DNA of 64,000 nt. Source: an uncultured delta proteobacterium. GTDB taxonomy: Bacteria; Desulfobacterota; Desulfomonilia; UBA1062. The notes under the pieces were generated by a model. The model did no database searches, was not told where the DNA came from, and saw only the letters and a program-made list of their open reading frames with translations. Positions within the stretch are counted from its first letter, which is position 1. Each line of letters begins with the position of its first letter. Shown here one piece after another: positions 22,366 through 32,817 of the stretch. A program made the position numbers and the translations under genes. Location of the stretch: the NCBI GenBank assembly GCA_963785235.1, contig CAWAUM010000005.1:320001-384000 (forward strand), read 5' to 3'.

Positions 22366-22461
22366 ACCTTGTCTTTTACTTGAGAAATATTATTGAAGCC
22401 TGCTGGGATGCAGTGAAACGCTAAAGTCAGATTTTACAGTAATGACACGGAGAGACAACAG

Positions 22462-23592
22462 ATGACCAAGCGAATGGTGATCATGCTGGCGGCGGTAGGC
22501 CTGCTGTTCGGCGGCTTATTCGGCTATAAGGCCTATATGGGTATAGTGATGAAGAAGTACATGTCAGCAGGCGGTATGCCGCCGGTTACGGTGTCAACGA
22601 TTCAAGCCTCGAATGAGGAATGGCAGCCGCAACTCAAGGCGGTGGGAAGCCTTAGGGCCGTGCGAGGGGTTGACCTGGCCTGCGAAATATCAGGCCTGGT
22701 AAGAAGTGTGCATTTTAAATCAGGAGACGAGGTCAAGGCGGGCCAGCTGCTGGTGCAGCTCAATGCAGATTCCGATATTGCACAACTGCAAGCGCTGGAG
22801 GCTGCTGCTGACCTGGCCGAGATAACCCATGAACGAGACAGAAAACAACTCGAAGCGCAGGCTATAAGTAAGTCCACATTTGATGCATCATCTGCGGATC
22901 TTAAAAGTAAAAAGGCCCAGGTTAACCAGCAGGCAGCAGTTGCAGCCAAGAAGACCATACGCGCACCCTTTGCCGGGCAGCTCGGCATCAGTTCCGTCAA
23001 TCCTGGACAATACTTGGATTCCGGCGAAAAAATCGTTACCCTGCAGTCACTCGATTCGATCTTTGTAGACTTTTTCCTGCCTCAGCAGGAACTCTCCCGG
23101 ATCTCAAAGGGCCAGACGGTCACCATCACCACTGACTCGTTTCCGGGCAGGACATATTCCGGCACCATAAGCGCAATCAACCCCAAGGTAGATCCCAAGA
23201 CCCGTAATGTCCAGATAGAGGCGGTGATTGCCAACCCCAAGCACGAACTGCTGTCCGGCATGTATGCCGCTGTTGAGGTACAGGCAGGCGAAAAACAGCG
23301 CTACCTGACACTGCCCAGGACCGTTGTAACCTTCAATCCCTACGGCGAGACCGTGTTTCTGGTGGAGAAAAAAGGCAAAGACAAGGCTGGAAAGCCGGGC
23401 CTGTTCGCTGCACAGAAATTTGTCACCGTGGGTCCTGCCCGGGGCGATCAGGTGGCCATCCTCGCGGGAATCAAGGAAGGCGATCTGGTTGTCACCAGCG
23501 GACAGCTCAAGATCAAGAGCGGCAGCCCGGTCATCATAAACAACCGGGTCCAGCCATTGAACGATGCTGCCCCCAGACCCGTAGAGCAGTGA
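22462..23592 (+). CDS. RND efflux periplasmic adaptor subunit (MexH/MexV-like)
   Basis: N-terminal TM, IRAPFAGQLG, VDPKTRN, VVTSGQLK. Confidence 0.9.
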   Translation: MTKRMVIMLAAVGLLFGGLFGYKAYMGIVMKKYMSAGGMPPVTVSTIQASNEEWQPQLKAVGSLRAVRGVDLACEISGLVRSVHFKSGDEVKAGQLLVQLNADSDIAQLQALEAAADLAEITHERDRKQLEAQAISKSTFDASSADLKSKKAQVNQQAAVAAKKTIRAPFAGQLGISSVNPGQYLDSGEKIVTLQSLDSIFVDFFLPQQELSRISKGQTVTITTDSFPGRTYSGTISAINPKVDPKTRNVQIEAVIANPKHELLSGMYAAVEVQAGEKQRYLTLPRTVVTFNPYGETVFLVEKKGKDKAGKPGLFAAQKFVTVGPARGDQVAILAGIKEGDLVVTSGQLKIKSGSPVIINNRVQPLNDAAPRPVEQ

Positions 23593-23608
23593 TGAGGCAG
23601 AGGCACCC

Positions 23609-26600
23609 ATGAACTTTACCGACATCTTCATCCGCAGACCAGTGCTCGCAACCGTGTTGAGCATACTTATCCTGGTGCTGGGGCTCAGATCCATCAACCT
23701 GTTGCCGGTACGTGAATACCCGGAAACACAGAACGCGGTAGTCACGGTCACCACCGTCTACACCGGAGCCGACCCCGAGCTTGTCTCCGGCTTCATCACT
23801 ACACCCTTGGAAAACTCCATAGCCCAGGCCAACGGCATTGACTACCTCACCTCTTCGAGTTCGGCAAGCGTGAGCACCATCACAGCGAACCTGCGCCTGA
23901 ACTATGATGCGAACAAGGCCCTGACCGAGATCAACACCAAGGTCAACGCGGTAATCAACCAGCTTCCCAAGGAGTCCCAGCAGCCGGTCATCAGTCAGTC
24001 CACCGGCGAGGACATCGGCTCCATGATCATGGGTTTCTACAGCAAGGATCTGGCTACAAACAAGATAACCGACTACCTCATCAGGGTAGTACAGCCCAAA
24101 CTGCAGGCTGTCGAAGGCGTGCAGACTGCGGAGATCCTCGGCAAGCAGGAGTTCGCCATGCGGGCCTGGCTCGACCCTGAAAAGATGGCTGCACACAATG
24201 TGACTGCGTTGGACGTGAGCAAGGCACTGGTTGACAACGACTTCATCTCGGCCCTGGGCCGAACCAAGGGACAGATGGTTACGGTCGATCTCACCGCAGC
24301 TACCGGCCTGCACACGGTTGATGAGTTCCGCAACCTCGTGATCAGATCCGTAAACGGCTCCATCGTCCGGTTAGGAGATGTGGCCAATGTGACACTCGGG
24401 GCGGAAAGCTACGACAGTTCGGTGCGATTTGACGGGAAGAGCGCCGTATTCATGAGCATTAAGGCCGCTCCGAACGCAAACCTGCTCACCGTAGCCGATG
24501 GCGTACGCAAGGCCTTTCCTGCTATTACGCAGCAGCTGCCCCAAGGCCTTGACGGCCGCATCGTCTACGACGCCACGGACTATGTGAACAGTTCCATAAA
24601 GGAGGTGGTCACCACCCTTGTTGAGGCGCTTATCATCGTGACCCTGGTGATCTTCCTCTCTCTTGGCTCGGTGCGTTCGGTCGTCATCCCCACCGTGGCC
24701 ATACCTTTATCGCTTATCGGTGCGTTCTTCATCATGCTGGCGTTAGGTTATACCATCAACCTCATGACCCTGCTCGCCCTGGTGCTTGCCATCGGGCTGG
24801 TGGTGGACGATGCCATCATCGTGGTGGAAAATGTACACCGGCACATGGAGGAGGGCGCCTCGCTCATGAATGCGGCCCTTATGGGCGCCCGCGAGCTGGG
24901 CGGACCCATTATCGCCATGACCGTGGTGCTCATTGCCGTGTATGTGCCCATCGGATTCATGGGCGGCCTCACGGGCGCCCTGTTCACCGAGTTCGCCTAC
25001 ACCCTGGCGGGCGCGGTCCTCGTTTCGGCCGTTATCGCGCTGACCCTGTCGCCCATGATGTGCTCGCGCTTCCTCAAGCACGCCGGTCCTGGAGAGCGGC
25101 ACCGTTTTGTGGATTTCATCGACGGCCAGTTCAACATTCTTAGATCCTGGTATGAAAGGATGCTGCGGGGAGCTCTCAACATGCTCCCTGTGGTCGGGGT
25201 GTTCGCTGCCATCATTTTGGCAAGCAATTATTTTCTGTTTGCAGGTTCAAAAAGCGAACTCGCGCCCCAGGAAGACCAGGGGTTCATGCTCGCCATGCTC
25301 ACGGCAGCCCCGGATGCCACCTTGCAGCAGACGCAGCTCTACTCGAAGCAGTTAGCCGAAATCATATCGCCCATACCGGAGGTCGAGCATCTCTTCCAGG
25401 TGGAGGGTTTCTTCGGCCTCAACTCGGGCTTTGCCGGACTTGTGCTCAAGACCTGGGACGAGCGGAACCGCACAACAGACATGCTGCAGCCTGAGATTCA
25501 GGCCAAGCTCGGCCAGATAACGGGTGCCCGGGCTGTGGCGTTTCAGCCTGCACCTCTGCCCGGGACCGGACATGGCCTGCCCGTGCAGTTCATTATCGGC
25601 ACCACTGACTCCTTTGATCGGCTGAACGAGGTCGCGCAGTCCTTCATGGTCAAGGCAAATGCAAGCGGCATGTTCATGTATGTGGACACAGACCTCAAGA
25701 TCGACAAGCCGCAGACCGTGGTGGAGTTTGACCGTGACAAGGCTGCGCAACTTGGCCTGACCATGGCGGATGTAGGCGGATCGCTGGCCTCCATGCTGGG
25801 CGGGGGCTATGTCAACTATTTCAGCCTGTCCGGACGCTCCTACAAGGTGATCCCCCAGGTTAAGCAGAGCGAGCGGCTCACCGCGGACCAGATCATGAAC
25901 TACCACATCAGGGCCGCAACGGGAGAGGCCATACCGGTTTCCACCATAGCGCGCTTGAAGAACAAAGTGGTGCCTGAGTCCATCAATCACTTCCAGCAGC
26001 TCAACAGCGCCACCATCTCGGCGGTCCTCACCCCCGGCATCTCCCTGGGTCAGGCACTGGATTCCCTCAGGACCATAGCAGATGAAGTCCTGCCCCAGGG
26101 CTACAGCGTCGACTACGGCGGCGAATCGCGCCAGTTCATGCAGGAGTCAACGGCATTGCTTTTCACCTTCGCCTTTGCACTCATCATCATCTTCCTTGCC
26201 CTTGCAGCCTTGTTCGAAAGCTTCCGAGACCCGATCATCGTGCTTATCAGTGTGCCCATGTCCCTCTGCGGTGCGCTCATCTTCATCAGCCTCGGGATCG
26301 GCGGGGCAAGCCTGAACATCTATACCGAGGTAGGCCTGGTGACGCTCATCGGCCTCATCAGCAAGCACGGCATCCTGATCGTGCAGTTCGCCAATGACCT
26401 GCAGCGCGAGGGCAGGAGCAAGCGCGAGGCAATAGAGCAGGCATCTGCAATCCGGTTACGGCCGATCCTCATGACCACTGCGGCCATGGTGCTGGGCATC
26501 ATGCCCTTGGTATTTGCATCCGGAGCAGGCGCAGCGGGACGCTACAATATGGGCCTGGTAATAACCACCGGCATTGCCATCGGCACCCTGTTCACGCTGT

Positions 26601-26686
26601 TCGTGGTGCCTGCCATGTACCTGTTCCTTGCCACGGATCATGCCAGGCAGATGATAAAAGAAAAAGAGATTGCAGGTAATGCTTGA
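23609..26686 (+). CDS. RND efflux permease (MexI/MexW-like)
   Basis: 1025 aa; FIRRPVLA, GLVVDDAIIVVEN, KHGILIV, RLRPILMT. Confidence 0.95.
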   Translation: MNFTDIFIRRPVLATVLSILILVLGLRSINLLPVREYPETQNAVVTVTTVYTGADPELVSGFITTPLENSIAQANGIDYLTSSSSASVSTITANLRLNYDANKALTEINTKVNAVINQLPKESQQPVISQSTGEDIGSMIMGFYSKDLATNKITDYLIRVVQPKLQAVEGVQTAEILGKQEFAMRAWLDPEKMAAHNVTALDVSKALVDNDFISALGRTKGQMVTVDLTAATGLHTVDEFRNLVIRSVNGSIVRLGDVANVTLGAESYDSSVRFDGKSAVFMSIKAAPNANLLTVADGVRKAFPAITQQLPQGLDGRIVYDATDYVNSSIKEVVTTLVEALIIVTLVIFLSLGSVRSVVIPTVAIPLSLIGAFFIMLALGYTINLMTLLALVLAIGLVVDDAIIVVENVHRHMEEGASLMNAALMGARELGGPIIAMTVVLIAVYVPIGFMGGLTGALFTEFAYTLAGAVLVSAVIALTLSPMMCSRFLKHAGPGERHRFVDFIDGQFNILRSWYERMLRGALNMLPVVGVFAAIILASNYFLFAGSKSELAPQEDQGFMLAMLTAAPDATLQQTQLYSKQLAEIISPIPEVEHLFQVEGFFGLNSGFAGLVLKTWDERNRTTDMLQPEIQAKLGQITGARAVAFQPAPLPGTGHGLPVQFIIGTTDSFDRLNEVAQSFMVKANASGMFMYVDTDLKIDKPQTVVEFDRDKAAQLGLTMADVGGSLASMLGGGYVNYFSLSGRSYKVIPQVKQSERLTADQIMNYHIRAATGEAIPVSTIARLKNKVVPESINHFQQLNSATISAVLTPGISLGQALDSLRTIADEVLPQGYSVDYGGESRQFMQESTALLFTFAFALIIIFLALAALFESFRDPIIVLISVPMSLCGALIFISLGIGGASLNIYTEVGLVTLIGLISKHGILIVQFANDLQREGRSKREAIEQASAIRLRPILMTTAAMVLGIMPLVFASGAGAAGRYNMGLVITTGIAIGTLFTLFVVPAMYLFLATDHARQMIKEKEIAGNA

Positions 26687-26779
26687 TGAAATACCAGGCA
26701 TGCCTGGAAGTAAGGTGGAGGCATGTTCTGCGATCAAGTTGAGTCAATTGTTTTTTTAAATTGAACGGTCTTAGTTTTT

Positions 26780-27631
26780 TTACTTTTCCCAGTATGGTTT
26801 GTAACTATCCTTGATTGCTATCTTCCGGTCAGTCATGAACTGCTCAAAGATATCCGAGAGATAGATGAACCGGTAGATGTCATTGATGCGAGAACAGAGC
26901 ATGGATGCCCTGGGCCGCGATATTTCCACAAGAGAGCTCATGGCGCCGCCGGTTTTCAGGTACCTGCCCAGGTCATACTTGGTGAGCATTACCCCCATAC
27001 GGAAATCTTTCTGGAGATAGAGGATGCCTGTCTTGGCATTTGCATACACCGGTACCGCACCGTAATGGGTGGCATGGTGGCGAACATCCAGCAGATTGTC
27101 GCAGTCATTAATCATGGAGCTTATACCAAGATAGTCCTTATGCCGGTTAAGCTTGAGCCAGTATCTCAGGTCTGAGGGGCTCATGGCGATGGGTTTGGTG
27201 TGGTCTACCTTGGTGGGGGTGTAATGCGCCCGGTTGAGCAGTATGAAGAACTCATTTGCAAGGGCGCACACAGCCTGATAGAGGTCGCCATGCAATGCAT
27301 CGAAAGACTCTTTGGCCTCGAACACCCTCAGGTCAAGACTCGAACCATCATCTAGATTGGAAGTGAAAAGCCTATCCATGGTTTCGATCTGATAGAATGC
27401 CCCGGCGAGCTTCACCTCGACAGTGTAATGAAGGATCTGAATATAAGAGATGTCTTTATCTTGTTTTGGGGTAAGCTCGGGGCCTTCGAGGTTCATGAAG
27501 TGTGCTATGTCAAAGTCGGCAGCCAGCTCTCTGAGGCCCCACCAGTAGTCCAGGGCAATGAGGTCTTTATATTTTTCTTCCTTATCTTTGCCATGGCACA
27601 GGTGACGATCAATGGTCTGGGGCTTTCCCAT
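26780..27631 (-). CDS. Hypothetical protein, probable HEPN-domain (RxxxxH) protein
   Basis: 283-aa soluble ORF with GGAG RBS; helix FDALHGDLYQAVCALANEF and motif LLDVRHHATHY. Confidence 0.6.
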   Translation of the reverse strand: MGKPQTIDRHLCHGKDKEEKYKDLIALDYWWGLRELAADFDIAHFMNLEGPELTPKQDKDISYIQILHYTVEVKLAGAFYQIETMDRLFTSNLDDGSSLDLRVFEAKESFDALHGDLYQAVCALANEFFILLNRAHYTPTKVDHTKPIAMSPSDLRYWLKLNRHKDYLGISSMINDCDNLLDVRHHATHYGAVPVYANAKTGILYLQKDFRMGVMLTKYDLGRYLKTGGAMSSLVEISRPRASMLCSRINDIYRFIYLSDIFEQFMTDRKIAIKDSYKPYWEK

Positions 27632-27747
27632 AGTAAACTATGCTCCATAGGGCTCTGCAGTCATTGCACTGAAGAGGATATGCATCACCCTATATTTTAT
27701 GTATATGGAAAGAAGCGCCAGTGCAATAAGAGGTTTCAGGAGGGAAA

Positions 27748-29118
27748 ATGCCCAAGAATGAACCATACCGGAGCATACCAAAGGTGGACATGGTGCTGAA
27801 AGAGCCCATCCTTCAGGAGCTGCCCTATGATAGTGCGATCATCAAGAGGCTCCTGCGGGATAAGCTTGAATTCATAAGGACTTATATCGCCTCGGGCAGA
27901 CTCACCATAAGTCCTGATGCCTCCATTGTAGCCAAAGAGGTTGCAGGTTATGTCAGGACCGTCATGGAAGCCGGGCTGAAAACAGTCATCAATGCCGCAG
28001 GCGTGGTCGTGTTTACCAATCTTGGCAGGGCACCTCTGGCCAGGGAGGCTATGGATGCTGTTCTTCATGCAGCTTCTTCCTATTCAGACCTGGAGTACAA
28101 CCTTGCAGAAGGGAAAAGGGGCTCCAGGCAGGATCATATCCGCCCATTGACCAGGGCCTGTTTCGGGGCGGAAGATGCCCTGGTAGTCAACAACAATGCC
28201 GCTGCTGTCATGCTCGTAATCGCAAGCCTGGCAAAGGGCTCCGAGGTTATCATCTCACGCGGCGAGTTGGTGGAGATCGGCGGTTCTTTCCGTATGCCCG
28301 ATGTGATGGCAATGAGCGGCGCAGTTATGAAAGAGGTCGGTACAACGAACAAGACCAAGATCTCTGATTATAAAAATGCTCTCACGGACAATACTGCGCT
28401 CATCATGAAGGTGCACAGGAGCAATTTTTCCATTGTAGGATTCACCGAAGAAGTTGGGATTGATGACCTGGCCTCTTTAAGCCGGGATTTCGGCAAACCG
28501 CTCTTTGTCGACATGGGTTCGGGCGTTCCCTTTGACCTGGGCCCGTCGGGCATCCAGGGCGAATGGACCATCCCCATGTGTCTCCAGCAGGGTGCTGATA
28601 TCGTCAGTTTCAGCGGAGACAAGGTGCTGGGTGGCCCCCAGGCAGGCATCATCCTTGGAAAGACCGACCTTATGGAAACCATGGCCAGGCACCCTCTCCA
28701 CCGGGCCATAAGGGCGGACAAGCTCACCATAGCCGCACTGGCAGCAACGTTGCGGCTCCTTGCCCAGGGCAGGATCGACCGTATCCCGGTGCTGAGGATG
28801 ATTACCGAGCCGCTCAGCGAGGTAAAGAAGCGTGCCCAGAAATTAGCGAGGCTCATCAAAAACCATGGTCCCCGGATCGTTTCCACTCAGGCAGTTATCG
28901 GCGGGGGGTCTGCACCTACCAAGAGTTTCCCCTCCTACGGGGTGCTTGTTCAGAATCCGAAGGCACAGCAGGTCCTTGCAAGGCTGAGGTTGTGCAGCCC
29001 TGCAGTACTCTGCCGGATAGAGGAAGACTCGCTCATCTTTGATCTGAAGTCTGTAGAACAGCAGGAGATCAGCATGCTGGCGCACAATATCAACGAGGTG
29101 CTTGCCCATGAAGCCTAA
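27748..29118 (+). CDS. selA: L-seryl-tRNA(Sec) selenium transferase
   Basis: INAAGVVVFTNLGRAPL, VNNNAAAV, SRGELVEIGGSFR, FSGDKVLGGPQAG (PLP Lys). Confidence 0.96.
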   Translation: MPKNEPYRSIPKVDMVLKEPILQELPYDSAIIKRLLRDKLEFIRTYIASGRLTISPDASIVAKEVAGYVRTVMEAGLKTVINAAGVVVFTNLGRAPLAREAMDAVLHAASSYSDLEYNLAEGKRGSRQDHIRPLTRACFGAEDALVVNNNAAAVMLVIASLAKGSEVIISRGELVEIGGSFRMPDVMAMSGAVMKEVGTTNKTKISDYKNALTDNTALIMKVHRSNFSIVGFTEEVGIDDLASLSRDFGKPLFVDMGSGVPFDLGPSGIQGEWTIPMCLQQGADIVSFSGDKVLGGPQAGIILGKTDLMETMARHPLHRAIRADKLTIAALAATLRLLAQGRIDRIPVLRMITEPLSEVKKRAQKLARLIKNHGPRIVSTQAVIGGGSAPTKSFPSYGVLVQNPKAQQVLARLRLCSPAVLCRIEEDSLIFDLKSVEQQEISMLAHNINEVLAHEA

Positions 29119-30013
29119 GGTTGGGTTTGCCCTGGGTGGCGGAGGTGTTCGAGGTCTGGCAAGCATCGGGGTATTAAAGGCGCTCCTGGAAGCAGGCATA
29201 ATCCCTGATGTTATTTCCGGCACAAGCATGGGTGCCATCGTGGGTTCGCTCTATGCCGATAGCTGCGATATCGGTCTTGTTGAGAGCTGCATTAAAAATA
29301 TGCTGACATCTGAAGAATTCCGTCAGAAGGTAAACAGGATTTCCGGCTCAGAGGATATGGACAGGGGATTTCTTGATAGAATATTTGCAACTGCAAAGAA
29401 AGGATACTTTTTTTACCGGTTTCTCTTCAGGGAATCAGTGGTCTCTGCCGAGACATTTTTCACCGAGATTGACCGTGTCATCCCTGATAAGCTCTTCTCG
29501 GAACTCAAGATCCCTTTTGCATGCATGGCCCTGGATATTGTCTCGGGATATCCTCAGATCCTGCATTCGGGTATGACCAGGCAGGCAGTCAAGGCATCAA
29601 GCGCCGTGCCCGGCATCCTGCCGCCTGTAGCCATCGATGGCAGGATGTGCGTTGACGGCGGCTGGGTTGAGTCGGTTCCTATCTCGGCAGCCAGGGTTCT
29701 TGGCGCACGGTTCGTTGTCGGTGTGGATGTGTCCCGTGAGACAACCCCCATCGATTATAAGGAAGAGATCAAGAACAGTATGGACATCCTCTTCAGGGCA
29801 GGAGACATCACCCGTTCACTCATGAATACCGTCAGGACTCGTGATGCTGACTTTATCATAAACCCTGAGGTTGGTGATGCCCAGTGGTCTGAATTCGAGA
29901 ATATCGATGCCTACATAACCGCCGGCTATCTGGCCGGAATTAAGGCTATCCCAAGTCTTAGGAAGGCATTGAGGACATCAAGGATCAAGGCGATGCTGTG
30001 GATGAAAAGATAG
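29108..30013 (+). CDS. Patatin-like phospholipase (RssA/NTE family)
   Basis: LGGGGVRG, GTSMG and DGG motifs. Confidence 0.9.
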   Translation: MKPKVGFALGGGGVRGLASIGVLKALLEAGIIPDVISGTSMGAIVGSLYADSCDIGLVESCIKNMLTSEEFRQKVNRISGSEDMDRGFLDRIFATAKKGYFFYRFLFRESVVSAETFFTEIDRVIPDKLFSELKIPFACMALDIVSGYPQILHSGMTRQAVKASSAVPGILPPVAIDGRMCVDGGWVESVPISAARVLGARFVVGVDVSRETTPIDYKEEIKNSMDILFRAGDITRSLMNTVRTRDADFIINPEVGDAQWSEFENIDAYITAGYLAGIKAIPSLRKALRTSRIKAMLWMKR

Positions 30014-30961
30014 ATTTTATCTCCGAGTATGCAGATTTCGGTATCCGGTTGGATGTCATTCTTACCAGGCACCTGTCCATAAGCCGGTCATTCGCTGCAA
30101 AGCTCATTGATGATGGTCAAGTAATGGTGGAGGGCAGTATTAAAAGGCCATCATTTAAAATGAAAAACGCTATGAGAGTACATGGCTCCTATAGCATGAC
30201 GGACGAGAGCGCCCCGCTTGAGCCCTGTACTATACCCCTTGATATCATCTATGAAGACCAGTGGATCATAGTTATTAACAAGCCTGCAGGGCTTATGGTT
30301 CATCCCGGTGCAGGCAATGCTGATGGCACCTTGGTGAACGCCCTCCTGGCCAAATACCCCCAGATAAAAGGTGTGGGTGATCCCCATAGACCAGGCATTG
30401 TCCACCGGCTTGATAAGATGACCTCGGGGGTGATGGTGGTTGCGGCAGATAGCTAATTCTCATGCAATCCTGGCCAATGCCTTTAAAACACATGAGCACC
30501 ACAGGGTGTATGTGGCCATATGTTATGGTCATATGCCGCAGGCTCAGGGCACCATTGAGACCTTCATGCAGAGAAACCCCAGGGATCGGAAAAGGATGAC
30601 CTCCCGCGCGGATAAAGGGAGAAGGGCTGTAACCCACTGGGAAGTGATCAAACAGTGGAAGGGATTCTCCTTGTTGCTGCTGACTCTGCAGACAGGCAGG
30701 ACACATCAGATCCGAGTCCACCTGTCCGACATGGGCCATCCCGTTGTAGGGGACCCGCAATACGGCGGAAGGAGGAGGGCAAACAGCATTGAAGATCCTC
30801 TCCTTCAATCATATATGAAGGCTCTGGACAGGCAGATGCTCCATGCCTTTACCCTGGGGATCACACATCCCATCACGAATATGCAGATGGAATTTAAAAG
30901 CGAGATGCCTGACGACATGAATCGGGTAATCCGGATGCTTGATGAGAGGGACACCTGCTGA
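29998..30961 (+). CDS. rluD: RluA/RluD family pseudouridine synthase with S4 domain; frameshift near 30446
   Basis: N-half RLD..., NKPAGLMVHPG, HRLDKMTSG; C-half TGRTHQIRVH, GDPQYGG, RQMLHA. Confidence 0.85.
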
Positions 30962-30968
30962 GTGATGC

Positions 30969-31457
30969 GTGAATGGACATGAAGGCATTATACACTGCGT
31001 CACGTCGCCCCTTGACAATCAATCACCATTGCCCGATCATATTATCATGCAAAGGCTTGGGGACTTACTGGCAAGAAGCAATGAGCAGATAGGCCAGATC
31101 ATGATGGTTCGTCAAAACTGGAAAGAAATTGCAGGTGAGGTGCTGTCTGTTCATGCTGAGCCGGTTGTAATCAAAAAAAAGGTTCTGCTGGTGATGTGCG
31201 ATTCCCCTGCGTGGGCCCAGCAGATAGGAATGCTGACAAAGGTTCTTGAAAAACAGATCAAGGATATCACCGGGATTAAAATACTCAAGGTAGAAGGCAA
31301 ATTCGGCCATGTGCAAAAGCCCCTGCAAAAGGGTAAAACCATACGGGTAGTAAGGAAGCCGGATATAGACCCAAAGGATATGAAGTGGTTGAAGGACCCG
31401 AAGCTGGCAGAGGCAGTACGCGAATTGATCAACCTTGATGGGAGCGGCGATGATTGA
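30969..31457 (+). CDS. DUF721/DciA family protein
   Basis: WKEIAGEVLSVHAEP...LLVMCDSPAWAQQI pattern. Confidence 0.72.
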   Translation: MNGHEGIIHCVTSPLDNQSPLPDHIIMQRLGDLLARSNEQIGQIMMVRQNWKEIAGEVLSVHAEPVVIKKKVLLVMCDSPAWAQQIGMLTKVLEKQIKDITGIKILKVEGKFGHVQKPLQKGKTIRVVRKPDIDPKDMKWLKDPKLAEAVRELINLDGSGDD

Positions 31458-32139
31458 ACAGAGAAAGATAATAACTACTTCTCTGATGATATTGGCTGCA
31501 GGCCTTATTGTGGTTTTTTCTCTGGTGTCGGTCTCATGCGACTGGATTCCGCCCCTTACCTATACAAATCTTGAAACCCCGAAGGAGCTTCTTGGTTTTC
31601 TTGAATCACGCCGCCAGGATATTCAGGCCGTAAAGGTAAACCGGCATATGCTGGAAATCGGCAAGAGACCATCTTTGCAAGTTCTCAAGGGCTATAACCA
31701 CGTGATGTACCAGATGAGGCCCTATCGACAGATAAACCTGAAATTTAGAAATTTCACAAAGGCCGAGCTCATGGACTTCTGTACGAATATTACCGCAGAC
31801 GCTCTGGAGATGCTGAGGGCCTCGATTGCTTCGGGCACAGGATTTTCACCGGCATGGAAGGGTACCATAAAGGGGCGCAAGATTGATATCGTGAGGGTGA
31901 CCCGGTTCAGCTATCTTGTTATCGGTTTGGCTGATAAACCACTTTTCCTGGGGCAAGTGGATCTTGCCAAGCGTCTTGGTATGGAGGATGTTGCAGTATT
32001 GAGTAGTTTGATCCCTTTGCAAGACAGCTGGCTTGAAAAATTCAAATCAGATGCATCCTTGAACAAACATTACCCAGCCGCCTTTTTAGGAGAATCACCC
32101 GATAATCTTATCCAATGGCTTGGTACACCAGCGGGATGA
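31450..32139 (+). CDS. Hypothetical exported protein/lipoprotein
   Basis: N-terminal hydrophobic segment ending VSVSC; overlaps the upstream stop; GGAG RBS. Confidence 0.65.
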   Translation: MIEQRKIITTSLMILAAGLIVVFSLVSVSCDWIPPLTYTNLETPKELLGFLESRRQDIQAVKVNRHMLEIGKRPSLQVLKGYNHVMYQMRPYRQINLKFRNFTKAELMDFCTNITADALEMLRASIASGTGFSPAWKGTIKGRKIDIVRVTRFSYLVIGLADKPLFLGQVDLAKRLGMEDVAVLSSLIPLQDSWLEKFKSDASLNKHYPAAFLGESPDNLIQWLGTPAG

Positions 32140-32187
32140 TTGCCAAATAAAATCGCTTTTGTTTCTCATGATTCATGAAATCAGGCT

Positions 32188-32577
32188 TTAATCAGTGAGG
32201 GGAATATCATATGTTCTACTGGCGCTTACACCTTGTCCATAACTATGCTCCTGATAACCCTCCAGATGATCAACATAGATTGTGACATATACCGTGTCTA
32301 CGCCATCACCAAGGAGTCTGGCAAATAAATAGAGGTGTGTGCCCCCCGCAGCAGTGAACGTGTAGATCCAGGGTTTATCATGGGTGTTCACGTTGGTAAT
32401 TTCTTGGTCAATACCGTTTTCATCACGGTATACAATAGTTGCATCCTGGGTCGAGGTATAAACCTCATATTTTACGTTATGCATTCCTGGAGGGAGTTCA
32501 TTATCTCCACCACTGTCAGAACTGCATCCGAGCAGCATCAGCATGATTAGAATTAGAATTGTCAGATGCAGTCTCAT
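32188..32577 (-). CDS. Hypothetical lipoprotein with MmpS-like beta domain
   Basis: Lipobox LLGC; VKYEV...ATIVYRD...PWIYTF pattern. Confidence 0.6.
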   Translation of the reverse strand: MRLHLTILILIMLMLLGCSSDSGGDNELPPGMHNVKYEVYTSTQDATIVYRDENGIDQEITNVNTHDKPWIYTFTAAGGTHLYLFARLLGDGVDTVYVTIYVDHLEGYQEHSYGQGVSASRTYDIPLTD

Positions 32578-32658
32578 ATGCTTAACCTATTATTATTATA
32601 ATATAAATAATATTATTTTACAAGAGGATTAGAATACGTGAGGTATATAGATAAAAAA

Positions 32659-32745
32659 TGGTGCCGGGAACAGGACTTGAACCTGCACGAGCTTGCACCC
32701 ACTAGAACCTGAATCTAGCGCGTCTGCCAATTCCGCCATCCCGGC
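32659..32745 (-). tRNA. tRNA-Leu (anticodon CAG)
   Basis: GCCGGGATGGCGGAATTGGCAGACGCGCTAGATTCAGGTTCTAG...GGTTCAAGTCCTGTTCCCGGCACCA: 87 nt, long variable arm, encoded CCA. Confidence 0.97.
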
Positions 32746-32817
32746 ATGCTTTAGCTTGAAAACATTAAGTGTTTCCCCTATAGTTTGGAACCGAATAAAA
32801 GTCAAGGATGGATGTGA

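Noticed and set aside
11284-26686. Two efflux systems without an outer-membrane factor
   Set aside because: Using a TolC-like channel encoded elsewhere is common; not unusual.
32659-32745. Integrated element at tRNA-Leu
   Set aside because: No integrase, phage genes or duplicated tRNA 3' end found in the window.
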